A stretch of DNA of 64,000 bases from positions 186,514 to 250,513 of the forward strand of contig CAZCZL010000001.1 in the NCBI GenBank assembly GCA_964503315.1. The letters are read 5' to 3'. The DNA comes from an uncultured Ignavibacteriales bacterium (GTDB lineage Bacteria > Zixibacteria > MSB-5A5 > GN15 > FEB-12). Of this stretch, positions 24,003 through 35,924 are shown piece after piece. Position numbers and translations under genes: made by a program. Position 1 is the first letter of the stretch; each line of letters starts with the position of its first letter. Below the pieces are notes generated by a model that was not told where the DNA came from, searched no databases, and was given only the letters and a program-made list of their open reading frames with translations.

Positions 24003-24998
24003 CTATATATGGAATTCAATGATGTCGCGGTCGGAGAGGATGAAGTCCTTCTGCACGCGCTGGCCATCGAACTTCCCCGAGCCCCAGACTTTGGCAAACT
24101 TGAGATTGGCGGCGAAATCTTTGTGTATCGCTCCGGCGGCTTCTTCGACCGAGGCACCGATCGGCAGGATGACCGGGTCGACCAGTTCGACATCTTTCCC
24201 AATATGTTTGGTGTAGACGCGTATGACACCGAGCGACTGAAAAGCGGCGCGCTTGAAATCCTCGAGTGTGGACTCGTCGAGGATGGTGGTCGGGATGATG
24301 GTGTATCCGGCGAACCGTTTGGTAAGCCAGACACGAGATTCGGGCAACTCTTCATCGGCCTTATGGGCCAAGATCAGGGTAGGTTTGCCGACGTATCGAA
24401 GGTCGTCCGGCGGGTGCTCCATATTCGGCATCAGCTTGATCTTCTTCTCCTCCAGAGCGCGGATGATAAACTCGGTGTGCGGCTCGATCTGGCTGTCGGT
24501 CAAGTCGCAGACCAGGGCGACAATGTCGGCATTACGCACAAGGTTGGTCATGTACGGCTCAAAGAGTTCATCCGAGATAGGGGGAGTATCTATGAGCTGG
24601 AAATGGACAGTCTCAAAGATGGTCATGCCGGGGAGTGGTTCGCGGGTGGCGTAGGGATAGTCGGCAACTATCGGTTTGGCATGAGTCATCGAAGCCAGAA
24701 GTGACGATTTGCCGCTGTTGGGCGCTCCGATAAAGATGATCTGCGCGGAGCCTTCGGACTCGATATAGTCATGCGCGACGCCGCCATGTTTGCCGCCCGC
24801 TTGTTGATGTGATTGCTCGACCTCTTTGCGAAGGAGTGAGATCTTCGCTTTCATTTCGGCCTGGAGTTTGTCGGTTCCCTTGTGCTTCGGCATGATGCGA
24901 AGCAGTTCCTGGGCCATGCGGAGTTTCTCCTGCGGATCCTTGCAGGCGCGGAACTCGCGCTCCAGTTCGTAATATTGAGGTGGCAGATTGGCCGGCAT
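24003..24998 (-). CDS. DRG/Rbg-like OBG-family GTPase with a C-terminal TGS domain
   Basis: The ORF track gives 25013 (TTG). ATG 24998 gives MPANLPPQYY.... It has an N-terminal HKGTDKLQAEMKAKISLLRKE helix, G1 GAPNSGKS, G3 DTPP, G4 HKAD, and the TGS region VIRVYTK...VWG...GQRV. Confidence 0.8.
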   Translation of the reverse strand: MPANLPPQYYELEREFRACKDPQEKLRMAQELLRIMPKHKGTDKLQAEMKAKISLLRKEVEQSHQQAGGKHGGVAHDYIESEGSAQIIFIGAPNSGKSSLLASMTHAKPIVADYPYATREPLPGMTIFETVHFQLIDTPPISDELFEPYMTNLVRNADIVALVCDLTDSQIEPHTEFIIRALEEKKIKLMPNMEHPPDDLRYVGKPTLILAHKADEELPESRVWLTKRFAGYTIIPTTILDESTLEDFKRAAFQSLGVIRVYTKHIGKDVELVDPVILPIGASVEEAAGAIHKDFAANLKFAKVWGSGKFDGQRVQKDFILSDRDIIEFHI

Positions 24999-25004
24999 GA
25001 CTAA

Positions 25005-25033
25005 TAGATACAACAGCCGGTGTCGGTTGACAA
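25005..25033 (-). promoter_or_regulatory. Candidate promoter abutting the GTPase ATG (leaderless candidate)
   Basis: On the minus strand: TTGTCA, 17 nt, TATCTA, 6 nt, ATG 24998. No Shine-Dalgarno sequence. Confidence 0.4.
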
Positions 25034-25037
25034 GAGG

Positions 25038-26222
25038 CTAGCGGGGGCGGCGGATATGGCGCTTGATGACCGACTCGATCGCTTCGCAGACATAATCGAC
25101 CTGCTTTAGTGAAAGGGTCGGATAGAGCGGAAGTGTCACGACCCGTGGTGCGATCTCGTCCATCACGGGGAAATTGCCAAAGTTGCGGCGAGACCCGGCA
25201 AAGGCTGAGAAATCGGGGATCGGAATATAGTGGACGCCACACTCAACTGACTTGCGGGCCATCGCCTCAATAAACCTGGCGCGTTCGATAGTCAGGCGTT
25301 TTGTGATCAGCTTGATAATGAAAAGATGCCAGGCGGACCGGCAGTTCGGCCGCTCGACCGGTAATTCAATATAATCCTGCAAATGCGCAAGATTCTGTGC
25401 GTACCGTTCGACGATCTTTCGGCGTTTCGCCTGACGCTGGTCGAAAGTGGTCAGTTCGCCGAGTCCGATCGAGGCGAGAATATCCGGCATATTCGCTTTG
25501 AGCCAAAGCTCCGGGATGTCATACTGCCAACCTCTCCCCTGTTTCCGCATCCAGGCATCGCGCGTGATTCCGTGACGGGAGAGTCGCCGGGCACGCTCAA
25601 TGAGCTTGCCATTCCGAGAGAGGATCGCCCCCCCTTCGCCGGTGGTCAGGTTTTTGGTCGCGTGGAATGAGAAAACGGAGAGGTCGGTCCAGTGCGGAAT
25701 GGCCTTGCCAAGATAGAGCGAGCCGAAGGCATGTGCGGAGTCCGAGACTATCTGTATCTCTTTTCCTCGACAGATCTCCCGCATCGCCGAGTAGTCGCAC
25801 GGGTGGCCGGCGATGTCCACGGGGAGAATCAATCGAGTTTGTTTGGTGATCTTGCGGGCAAGCTTCGCGGTGTCGAGGTTGAGTGTATCCGGGTCAATGT
25901 CGCAATAAACCGGGGTGAGCCCGGCCGCGATGATGGAAGTCGTGGTCGCAATGAACGTGTACGGAGTGGTGATGACTTCGGAACCACCCTTAACTGCCGC
26001 CAAATAGAGCGCCAATTGCAATCCTGCCGTGGCAGATGAGACCGCCGCGGCATGTTTGAGACTGCAGTACTCCGCAATTCTCTGCTCAAACTCGGCGGTT
26101 CGTGCGCCTGTGGCGAGCCATCCAGAACGCAACGTGGCAGTGGCTTGCCGCAGTGTTGCTTTACCGAGCGTCAGGTCGTACAGCGGTATCTTACCGGCGG
26201 GCTTCATGCAGAACCTTTTCAT
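25038..26222 (-). CDS. DegT/DnrJ/EryC1/StrS-family PLP sugar aminotransferase (1)
   Basis: 394 aa. The SFHATKNLTTGEGG segment contains the PLP-lysine. Confidence 0.9.
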   Translation of the reverse strand: MKRFCMKPAGKIPLYDLTLGKATLRQATATLRSGWLATGARTAEFEQRIAEYCSLKHAAAVSSATAGLQLALYLAAVKGGSEVITTPYTFIATTTSIIAAGLTPVYCDIDPDTLNLDTAKLARKITKQTRLILPVDIAGHPCDYSAMREICRGKEIQIVSDSAHAFGSLYLGKAIPHWTDLSVFSFHATKNLTTGEGGAILSRNGKLIERARRLSRHGITRDAWMRKQGRGWQYDIPELWLKANMPDILASIGLGELTTFDQRQAKRRKIVERYAQNLAHLQDYIELPVERPNCRSAWHLFIIKLITKRLTIERARFIEAMARKSVECGVHYIPIPDFSAFAGSRRNFGNFPVMDEIAPRVVTLPLYPTLSLKQVDYVCEAIESVIKRHIRRPR

Positions 26223-27252
26223 ACAACGCGCACATAAGGTCGAGCGATTTTTCCCAGGTGTAATTAGCCAGAACGTACCGCTGTCCGGCTTCCCCCATCT
26301 GCTGCTGGAGAGCGCGATCTTTGGACAGCTTCACAATAGCTTCGGCGAGCGCGGTGACATTGTCGGGAGGAACAAGAATACCGGAGAGATTATTGAGGAT
26401 GACTTCGGGTATCCCGCCGACGGTGGTGCCGATCACTGGTCGTCCACAGGCGGCGGCCTCAAGCGCGGCGACACCGAATGCTTCCTGTCGCGAGGGCATC
26501 GCCATGAAGTTGTGCTCTGAAATGAAGTGATAAACCCACTGATTATCGAGCCATCCAACAAACTTCACCTGGTCTTCGAGGCCAAGTGAGGCCGTCAATT
26601 CCTGCAGTTGCTGAGTCATACTTCCGGTACCAGCCATAGAGAGCCGGATGTCGGGAATCTCCTTCTTCGCCTCGGCGATCGCCTGAATGAGGATATCCGG
26701 AGCGTAGGTCGGCTCATGCTGCTTGATGTAACAGATCTTGGTTGGGCCGACCGGAAGAGGCGGTATCTCGTTCGGAAGTTCCACGCCGAATGGGATGAAC
26801 TCGAGCCGTCTCTCCAGATCATGGAAAAGTGACGTGGTTCGCTCCAGCAGATACCGGCTTGTGACAGTCAACGCCGTCGCCTGATTGAGGGCGGCGCGGA
26901 GAAAGATCCGTTTCGACCAGGTCTTGGAGAACTCGTGGAGATCACTCCCCCAGATAGAGACGACCGTCGGCTTAAAGCGCATGCGCCAGGACCATAGACC
27001 GAATCCTCCGGCATAGTGGACATGCACGATGTCCGGCTTAAACGCCTTGGCCTCGCGGACAGCGTCGCCGGAGCGCCAGATATATTCGGCGCGGGAGTCA
27101 TACGGGAAAACGACGGTCTCGGTATTGGCCAGTTTTTCGCCGCCGAGCGAGATGAGTTTGATCTCGTACCCGCGAGATTGCAGTCCCGCGACCCATCGCT
27201 GGATGTGCACCGACTGCGCAAAGCCGAATATGACGATACGTTTAGCTGGCAT
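26191..27252 (-). CDS. Glycosyltransferase family 4 (GT-B)
   Basis: The ORF track gives 27294 (TTG). ATG 27252 gives MPAKRIVIFG.... EAFGVAALEAAACGRPVIGTTVGGIPEVI is the E(x7)E-type motif. Confidence 0.85.
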   Translation of the reverse strand: MPAKRIVIFGFAQSVHIQRWVAGLQSRGYEIKLISLGGEKLANTETVVFPYDSRAEYIWRSGDAVREAKAFKPDIVHVHYAGGFGLWSWRMRFKPTVVSIWGSDLHEFSKTWSKRIFLRAALNQATALTVTSRYLLERTTSLFHDLERRLEFIPFGVELPNEIPPLPVGPTKICYIKQHEPTYAPDILIQAIAEAKKEIPDIRLSMAGTGSMTQQLQELTASLGLEDQVKFVGWLDNQWVYHFISEHNFMAMPSRQEAFGVAALEAAACGRPVIGTTVGGIPEVILNNLSGILVPPDNVTALAEAIVKLSKDRALQQQMGEAGQRYVLANYTWEKSLDLMCALYEKVLHEARR

Positions 27253-28810
27253 AGGTCCGTCGGAATAATAGTGCAAAGTAAGGACGGAATCCAAGTATCA
27301 AAGTTGCGACCAAAAAAGCCGCCACGATGCTGAGTCCGGAGACGGCCAACCGGAGACCTGCCTGGAGGAATCCGCTGTCACTCCAAAGGGAGTACAGCGA
27401 TTGATTCACCAGGTATCCGCATACAGCGGCTATAGCGCCCGCCAGAAGGAGTTTCAACGCAGAGGTAGCCACCGATCGGTTTGCCTCAGTTTTGACGCGA
27501 GAAAGGCAGATCCAGAGTAATCCTACGGCGAGGATGATTTGTGACAAGCTCGTGGCTATGGTGATTCCCTGATATCCGAAGAAACGCGGAAGGAGTAGTG
27601 TCGCGGAAGCCTTGACCACCAGCGCCAGCGCCGCGACCCAGAACACCTGCTTGACCCAACCCTGACCATAAGCGGCGCGAAGGGAGGTTGAAATGACAAA
27701 CAGGGCGACAATAGTCGGCGTGTACGGCCGAAGCAATGTCGCGGTCATGGCAACCGAATCGGCGTTGAACCTTCCTCGGTAAAACACCACCTGGATCAGA
27801 TCTGAGGCACTCACGAGGAAGAACGCGGCCAAAGGGATGGTCAGCAGCATGCCGCCAACTATCGCGTTGCGGTAGAGATTGCTGAATCCGTTGGAGTCTT
27901 GTGACAGATCGGTTCTGGAGAATTTGGGGAAAACTACCGAGGCGATAGCAAACCCGACCACGGCATCCGGCAGTTGCACAAGTACCTGACTGTAATTGAG
28001 CGAGGAGATGATGCCGACACCGAAATCCGCGGCGACAAATCGGTCAAACAGGAAGTATGAGCGGTTTATCAGTTCAATGGCCAATAACAGACCGATCGTA
28101 ACCGCCATGCCGCTCATTTTGTCGACGGACAACGTCGGGCGGTACTGCTTCAATCCCCCCAATGGGAGAAGACGTGCGGCCAAGAAGAGATTCTGACCGA
28201 CCATGCCGCTCAAAAGTCCAATTACAATTGCGCCGACACCAAACGTCGAGTGGAAAAGCAGTACAGAGAGAATGAACAGAGAGTTCTCGACAACATATCC
28301 CCCGGCGGGCCAGGTAAAAATGCCTCGCACATTGAGAAGCGCTCGGAGGTAGGCTTCGGAGGTGCCCAACATAACCATCAGCGCTACCAGGCGCGCGTAG
28401 TGGACTATTCGCGCATAGTCCGTTTCTCCGTACTCCCCCGCCCAGATTTTCATGACGAGCGGCGCCGACAGCATGATGAGCGCGGAAACAGCCACGGATA
28501 GTAGAATCGATCGATTGAACAGACCCCAGATAGTCCGCCAGCCGGAATCGGCCGGACGTGTCTCGAGATATCTAGTTAATTGAGGAACAAGCAGGTAGTA
28601 GGACGCGAAATTGATGATGCCGTACGCAAGCGCGGGAAGCATGACCGCGATCAGATAAAGATCGTATTCGGCGGAGGTGCCGAACTTGTCGGCCACTACC
28701 ATCTCTCGGCCCAAGCCCAGTACCTTGGAAATAAAGACGACTCCCGCGACACCGATTATCGCGGCTATAGAACGGGTCGAAGCTGGATCGCGTTTAGCTG
28801 AAGTGGTCAT
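27242..28810 (-). CDS. murJ: MurJ/MviN-family lipid-linked oligosaccharide flippase
   Basis: 522 aa, ~14 TM helices. SKVLGLGREMVVADKFGTSAEYDLYLIAVMLP is the MurJ N-terminal signature. Confidence 0.8.
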   Translation of the reverse strand: MTTSAKRDPASTRSIAAIIGVAGVVFISKVLGLGREMVVADKFGTSAEYDLYLIAVMLPALAYGIINFASYYLLVPQLTRYLETRPADSGWRTIWGLFNRSILLSVAVSALIMLSAPLVMKIWAGEYGETDYARIVHYARLVALMVMLGTSEAYLRALLNVRGIFTWPAGGYVVENSLFILSVLLFHSTFGVGAIVIGLLSGMVGQNLFLAARLLPLGGLKQYRPTLSVDKMSGMAVTIGLLLAIELINRSYFLFDRFVAADFGVGIISSLNYSQVLVQLPDAVVGFAIASVVFPKFSRTDLSQDSNGFSNLYRNAIVGGMLLTIPLAAFFLVSASDLIQVVFYRGRFNADSVAMTATLLRPYTPTIVALFVISTSLRAAYGQGWVKQVFWVAALALVVKASATLLLPRFFGYQGITIATSLSQIILAVGLLWICLSRVKTEANRSVATSALKLLLAGAIAAVCGYLVNQSLYSLWSDSGFLQAGLRLAVSGLSIVAAFLVATLILGFRPYFALLFRRTYAS

Positions 28811-28821
28811 GTCATCCAGAC

Positions 28822-28844
28822 AAAAGGACCGGCAAAACCGGCCC
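28822..28844 (-). terminator. Rho-independent terminator between DegT(2) and murJ
   Basis: The minus-strand RNA reads GGGCCGG-uuuug-CCGGUCC followed by UUUUG. It ends only ~15 nt before the murJ ATG. Confidence 0.6.
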
Positions 28845-28878
28845 TTTCATTATTTCCGCTTTCAGGAAAATGATTCCC

Positions 28879-29988
28879 TCATGCAGTCGCGAGTTTTTTG
28901 ACCGTGGCAATCACTTCGGTCTGTTCCTGCTCGGTCATTTCCGGATAGACCGGTATGGAGAAGACCTCATCGCCGGCTTTGGTCGAATGCGGGAACTGGT
29001 CCGCCTTGTATCCAAGATACTGGAAGCAATCCTGCATATGGAACGGTACCGGATAGTAAATCGCAGTGCCGATCCCGACGGCACGGAGTCCCTCAAAGAT
29101 GCTCTTTCGCATTGGCGACGCCAGTGTGTACTGGTTGTAAATATGGAAGGTGCTGTACGGCATGACGCGCGGAGTGGTCAGGCCGGGGACACCGGCAAAT
29201 TCTCTGTCGTACCGTTTGGCGTGCTCAATCCGCTTCTCGGACCATTTGCGGAGATACGGCAATTTCACCAGAAGCATGGCGGCTTGAATAGTATCAAGAC
29301 GAGAGTTGTAACCAACGATGCGATGGTAGTACTGCGGCTTCTGGCCATGCTCGCGAAGAATGCGGCAGAGTTCGTACAACTCCTCGCTATCAGTGGTGAG
29401 GATACCGGCATCGCCGCCCGCGCCAAGATTCTTGGACGGGAAGAACGAGAAGCAGCCGAGGTCGCCCATGGAACCACAGGGACGTCCCTTGTATTCCGCG
29501 CCAATAGACTGCGCGCCGTCCTCGACAACTTTGATGCCGTGCTTCTTCGCTATCTCAAGGATCGGATCCATATCAGCCAGTTGACCGAAGAGGTGGACAG
29601 GCATGATGACCTTGGTCTTCTTCGTGATCGCTTTTTCGAGCAGTTTGGGATCGATGTTGTAACTATCCGGTTCGATATCGACGAATACGGGAGTAGCGCC
29701 CAATCGCGCGACAACTCCGGCAGAGGCAAAAAATGAGAAATTCGAAGTAATGACCTCATCACCCGGCCCCACGCCACACGCATGCAGCGCGACCATAAGG
29801 GCATCGGTCCCGGAGGCAACACCGATAGCGTACTTGGTCTTGCAGTATGCCGCGATCTGTTTCTCCAATTCGGCGACTTCGGGTCCCAGAATGAACTTCC
29901 CGTGGGTCAGGACATTAATGACGGCCTTATCCAGCTCCGGTTTCAAATAAGCATATTGGCGAGAGAGGTCTAGCAGCGGAACAGCCAT
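28879..29988 (-). CDS. DegT/DnrJ/EryC1/StrS-family PLP sugar aminotransferase (2)
   Basis: The ORF track gives 30009. ATG 29988 gives MAVPLLDLSRQY.... SFFPSKNLGAGGDAG. Confidence 0.9.
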   Translation of the reverse strand: MAVPLLDLSRQYAYLKPELDKAVINVLTHGKFILGPEVAELEKQIAAYCKTKYAIGVASGTDALMVALHACGVGPGDEVITSNFSFFASAGVVARLGATPVFVDIEPDSYNIDPKLLEKAITKKTKVIMPVHLFGQLADMDPILEIAKKHGIKVVEDGAQSIGAEYKGRPCGSMGDLGCFSFFPSKNLGAGGDAGILTTDSEELYELCRILREHGQKPQYYHRIVGYNSRLDTIQAAMLLVKLPYLRKWSEKRIEHAKRYDREFAGVPGLTTPRVMPYSTFHIYNQYTLASPMRKSIFEGLRAVGIGTAIYYPVPFHMQDCFQYLGYKADQFPHSTKAGDEVFSIPVYPEMTEQEQTEVIATVKKLATA

Positions 29989-29996
29989 GATGCGAA

Positions 29997-30755
29997 TTAC
30001 TCCTTCCAACCCTGGTTTTTGAGAAGTTGATCCTCAGGAACATCGCGAAATACCTTGCCCGGCACACCCGCGATGATCTTGCCGGGCGGTGTGTCTTTGG
30101 TGACCAACGCGCCGGCGGCGACCAGGGTATCTTGTTCTATAGTGATCCCGGGAAGAACAGTGGCGTTAACGCCGACTCGTCCCCCCTTCTTAATGGTGAC
30201 ACCTTTGAAATGCTGGAAACGCTCCTCAGAACGACCAATGAAGTTGTCATTCGAGGTTGCCACACATGGCGCGACAAATACGCGATCCTCCAGCTCGGAA
30301 TAGGCAGTAATATAAACGTTGGTTTCAAGTTTCACGTAGCGGCCGATCTTGCAGAAGTTCTCGATAGCCACGCCCCGGCCCACAATTGTGAATTCACCGA
30401 TCGTGACATTCTCGCGAATAGTAGAAAGATCCGCTACCAGCACTTTGTTGCCTATATCACACCCGCGATAGATTACGACGTGCGTCCCGATAATGCAGTT
30501 CGATGATATCTTCGCGGCGGGAACCTCTTTGTCGGATGTGACCGCGCTGTTCGCGGCGCGCATCGGGCGCTTCCCGATCACGGTACCGTCGTCAATGCGG
30601 ACGTTGTCGCCGATCGTAGTGCCGTCGTGTATGATAACCTGATTGCCAATGACACATCCGGAGCCGATAGTGGCGTTCTCGGCGATGACACAAAACTGGC
30701 CATAAATTGTGCCTGGGCCAATCTTGGCGGATGCTGCTACTACGGAGGTGGACAT
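29997..30755 (-). CDS. Left-handed beta-helix (hexapeptide) sugar N-acyl/acetyltransferase
   Basis: 252 aa with repeated [LIV]G-x4 hexapeptide turns throughout. It lies next to a DegT aminotransferase. Confidence 0.8.
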   Translation of the reverse strand: MSTSVVAASAKIGPGTIYGQFCVIAENATIGSGCVIGNQVIIHDGTTIGDNVRIDDGTVIGKRPMRAANSAVTSDKEVPAAKISSNCIIGTHVVIYRGCDIGNKVLVADLSTIRENVTIGEFTIVGRGVAIENFCKIGRYVKLETNVYITAYSELEDRVFVAPCVATSNDNFIGRSEERFQHFKGVTIKKGGRVGVNATVLPGITIEQDTLVAAGALVTKDTPPGKIIAGVPGKVFRDVPEDQLLKNQGWKE

Positions 30756-31997
30756 CTATAGCTCCTTATAGTCTTTGGTCGAGTGAGACGTTCCGGTCGG
30801 CCGCGTTTTTTTCACACCGGGCAACCAGCCAAAAAACGAACTGGCCACAAACATCGCGCGGTGGTAATCCTCCGGCCGATTTTCTTTCAGACGGTCAAGA
30901 TATTCGAAGATCGCGGCGAGGAAGATAGCAAGAATCAGAGATAGAAGGAATGTCCCGCCGACGATCAACGTTCTTTTCGGACGGCTGCGCAGTTCGGGCG
31001 CGGTGGCTCTATCGAGAACTGAAATAGTGGGCGATTCCTTGCTTTCCTGGATCTTGGCCTGTTCCAACTGCTCGAGAAGCGTGGTGAAAAGGCCTTCGGA
31101 GACCCGTACTTTGCTGTACAGCATCTCGTATTGACCCCGGAGCCGTGGAATTGACGCGACCGGGAGCGAAAAATACGAAGAGTCCGACCCGCCGATCTCA
31201 AGCCGCTCAAGTTGCTCCTTAAGGATAGAGCGGCGCTGTCGCCTGAGTTGGATGTCCGGGTGATCCTTTCCGAGGGACTGTTCGGCTATCTGGAGATCGA
31301 GTTCGGTCTGGGCTAGCGCCACCTTCAGGTTGCTGGCTTGTTCAATCGCCAGACGGGTCTGCTCATCAAAATCAACCGTGCGATAGGTCCGCTGGAACAG
31401 CTCAAGCGCGGCGCGCGCGGAGTCAAGTTCGCCGCGCACCTGATTGAGTCTTCCCTCGATGAACTCGCGGTTCGTGCGGGCGCGACCGGTGACGATCTCC
31501 TGATTAACCCTGTTGATTTCGTCGACAAACGCGTTGGCCATCGCGGCCGCTGTCTCAGGGTCTTTGTCCTCGACCTTGATGCTCAACAATCCTTCTTCGG
31601 TTACGCTGAAATTCGCGTGTTTCATCAACGCGAGATATGTTTCAGTCCGGGTAGGCGTGTTGTAGCGTTCCTGCAACGTGAACAGATCTATCACACGGTC
31701 CGAGATGGTGCGGCTGCGAAGTATCCGCGCGTACACATCGGAAGGAGTGACCATGACCGGCAGATTCAATCCGCCCGTGACCGAGACAACCTCCTCCAAA
31801 CGAGAGAGGCTCTCCATGGTTGTGGAAACGTCCTTGGGAGGTAGCAAGAGCGCTTCGGCCTGATACCATTTTGGAAGCAGCAAAGAAATGACCGCCGCTA
31901 CAACTGTCGCGAGAAGCGTCAGCCCGATGATCAGTCCACGTCGTCGCGCCAAGAGTTCAAGGAAGAGCCAGACGTTGTTTTCGCGCGGTTCGCTCAT
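30756..31997 (-). CDS. Polysaccharide co-polymerase / chain-length determinant (Wzz/GumC-like), no kinase domain
   Basis: 413 aa. N- and C-terminal TM helices flank a coiled-coil periplasmic region. LPKWYQAEALLLP is the Wzz motif. Confidence 0.8.
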   Translation of the reverse strand: MSEPRENNVWLFLELLARRRGLIIGLTLLATVVAAVISLLLPKWYQAEALLLPPKDVSTTMESLSRLEEVVSVTGGLNLPVMVTPSDVYARILRSRTISDRVIDLFTLQERYNTPTRTETYLALMKHANFSVTEEGLLSIKVEDKDPETAAAMANAFVDEINRVNQEIVTGRARTNREFIEGRLNQVRGELDSARAALELFQRTYRTVDFDEQTRLAIEQASNLKVALAQTELDLQIAEQSLGKDHPDIQLRRQRRSILKEQLERLEIGGSDSSYFSLPVASIPRLRGQYEMLYSKVRVSEGLFTTLLEQLEQAKIQESKESPTISVLDRATAPELRSRPKRTLIVGGTFLLSLILAIFLAAIFEYLDRLKENRPEDYHRAMFVASSFFGWLPGVKKTRPTGTSHSTKDYKEL

Positions 31998-33349
31998 GGT
32001 GTCACCACCCGCGGCTGCGCCGAGATCTCGTCACCATCAAGAACGCGGGTTTTCACAGAGACCGAACGACGGATCTTGGAGACACGGTTTACCAAACTGA
32101 CTCTCTCCATATCAGCGGTGGGAAGGAACCCGCCCGCGGTGAAGATATAGTAGTCAACGTCTTTGCCTTCAACATACGGAAAGATACCGGGAGCACGTAC
32201 CTGGCCGCCGACACGTACCCATCCCAGTTTGCGTGGGACAAAGATCGAGTCCATCGGCTTAAGCAGTGTCGTTAGGAAATCTTCATTGGCCGCGATGATG
32301 GGGTACCGTTCGCGCGGAGAGTGTGAGTACTCGTCCGTCTCGGCAATGCGAAAGATCGTAACTCGACCAATATTGGCATTAGGCGCGTAGCCACCGGCCA
32401 GTTCGAGCGCCTGATCGAGCGTGAGCTCCGGCTTCATGGCGAAATGCCCCGGATGATTCACTTCCCCGAGGACAGTGATACCAAGGGTTTCGTCCTTGAT
32501 GCGACTCGGGACAAAAATGATGTCTTTGGCTTTGATGCTGCCGGATTGCCAGGCATTCTGTTCCGACTGGCCAAGCTGACGGATACCTACCGAGTCCGCG
32601 TTGGCGGTCAATCCACCGGCTAATCGCAGTAGGGTGTTCAGGTCGTCTTCCGGGCGAAGTTCTATTTCGCGGGGTCTGACCACTTCTCCCAGCACCTGTA
32701 CCGCGTCGGTTGACCGTACCGGAATATTGAGATGATACCCGGCATAAAGATATGGATTGGCGCTCTCATCACCGAGAAAGAGAGCCCGGTCGAGGTCGAT
32801 AGGAATAGCTTCGGGGCCTCCGGACAGAGTGATGCGACGAGTAGAACCTTCCGGAAGTATCCCTCCGGCGAGGTCAATCACATCGGACACGCGCTGCGAA
32901 CTGTAGACACGATAGAATCCCGGGTTGCGAACAGCTCCGGAAATAGATATACCGATCGGCCGGGGATCCCCGACAGTCATGACGATCTCTTTGGCGTTAT
33001 ATTTGGCGCGAAGTGGGCCTGCCAGTTTCTCTCTGGCTTGCGTCAAAGTTGTTCCCCGCAGGTCGATCACACCGAGAGTGGGATGAACGATCTGGCCGTC
33101 AGAGGTAACTTCAAGTTGGAGTGCTCCGAGACTACTTTGGAGGAACGTGACACGAATGGTCTCGCCGGGGCGGATCAAGTAGAGGTTGGGGTCAATCGGT
33201 CGGTCATATGTGGCAGGCAGAACCTGCATAAATAACGAATCGGCCGCGGACGAGGCAATCTGGGCATTCCCCGGCTGGGCCAGGGTCAGAAGCAGCAGTG
33301 TCAGGCCCGCAAGCCGGACGATAAGAGTGAGATAATACTTATCTAGCAT
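31994..33349 (-). CDS. Polysaccharide export protein (Wza-like, SLBB repeats)
   Basis: The ORF track gives 33364 (TTG). ATG 33349 gives MLDKYYLTLIVRLAGLTLLLL.... The IRPGETIRVTF Poly_export motif is followed by several SLBB-like repeats. Confidence 0.8.
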   Translation of the reverse strand: MLDKYYLTLIVRLAGLTLLLLTLAQPGNAQIASSAADSLFMQVLPATYDRPIDPNLYLIRPGETIRVTFLQSSLGALQLEVTSDGQIVHPTLGVIDLRGTTLTQAREKLAGPLRAKYNAKEIVMTVGDPRPIGISISGAVRNPGFYRVYSSQRVSDVIDLAGGILPEGSTRRITLSGGPEAIPIDLDRALFLGDESANPYLYAGYHLNIPVRSTDAVQVLGEVVRPREIELRPEDDLNTLLRLAGGLTANADSVGIRQLGQSEQNAWQSGSIKAKDIIFVPSRIKDETLGITVLGEVNHPGHFAMKPELTLDQALELAGGYAPNANIGRVTIFRIAETDEYSHSPRERYPIIAANEDFLTTLLKPMDSIFVPRKLGWVRVGGQVRAPGIFPYVEGKDVDYYIFTAGGFLPTADMERVSLVNRVSKIRRSVSVKTRVLDGDEISAQPRVVTP

Positions 33350-33363
33350 GGGTATAGACCGCA

Positions 33364-33392
33364 AGCATACGCAAGCCGGTCGACCTTGTCAA
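33364..33392 (-). promoter_or_regulatory. Candidate promoter of the wza-led unit
   Basis: On the minus strand: TTGACA, 17 nt, TATGCT, 14 nt, ATG 33349. The leader is short and has no Shine-Dalgarno sequence. Confidence 0.4.
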
Positions 33393-33452
33393 CGGGATAA
33401 AAATACCCTAACTGATTGGGTAACAAGGCAACTGCAGGTGAATGCGGGTCAA

Positions 33453-33476
33453 CCGGGGCCATACGGTTGGCCCCGG
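33453..33476 (-). terminator. GC-rich hairpin after pyrG
   Basis: CCGGGGCCA-tacggt-TGGCCCCGG forms a 9-bp perfect stem, 11 nt past the pyrG stop. No U-tract. Confidence 0.45.
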
Positions 33477-33486
33477 CTGATACAGG

Positions 33487-35920
<2,434 letters not shown>

Positions 35921-35924
<4 letters not shown>

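Noticed and set aside
28870-29736. 288-aa plus-strand ORF opposite the DegT(2) gene. Similar antisense ORFs lie opposite pyrG (33907-35157), guaA (41651-42388), nadB (42733-43515), panC (21817-22455), rho/rsfS (17480-18648), the GTPase gene (24009-24704) and the NtrC-type gene (38547-39170).
   Set aside because: Each overlaps a strongly recognisable conserved gene on the other strand, and none has any recognisable motif. I treat them as mirror-frame artefacts.
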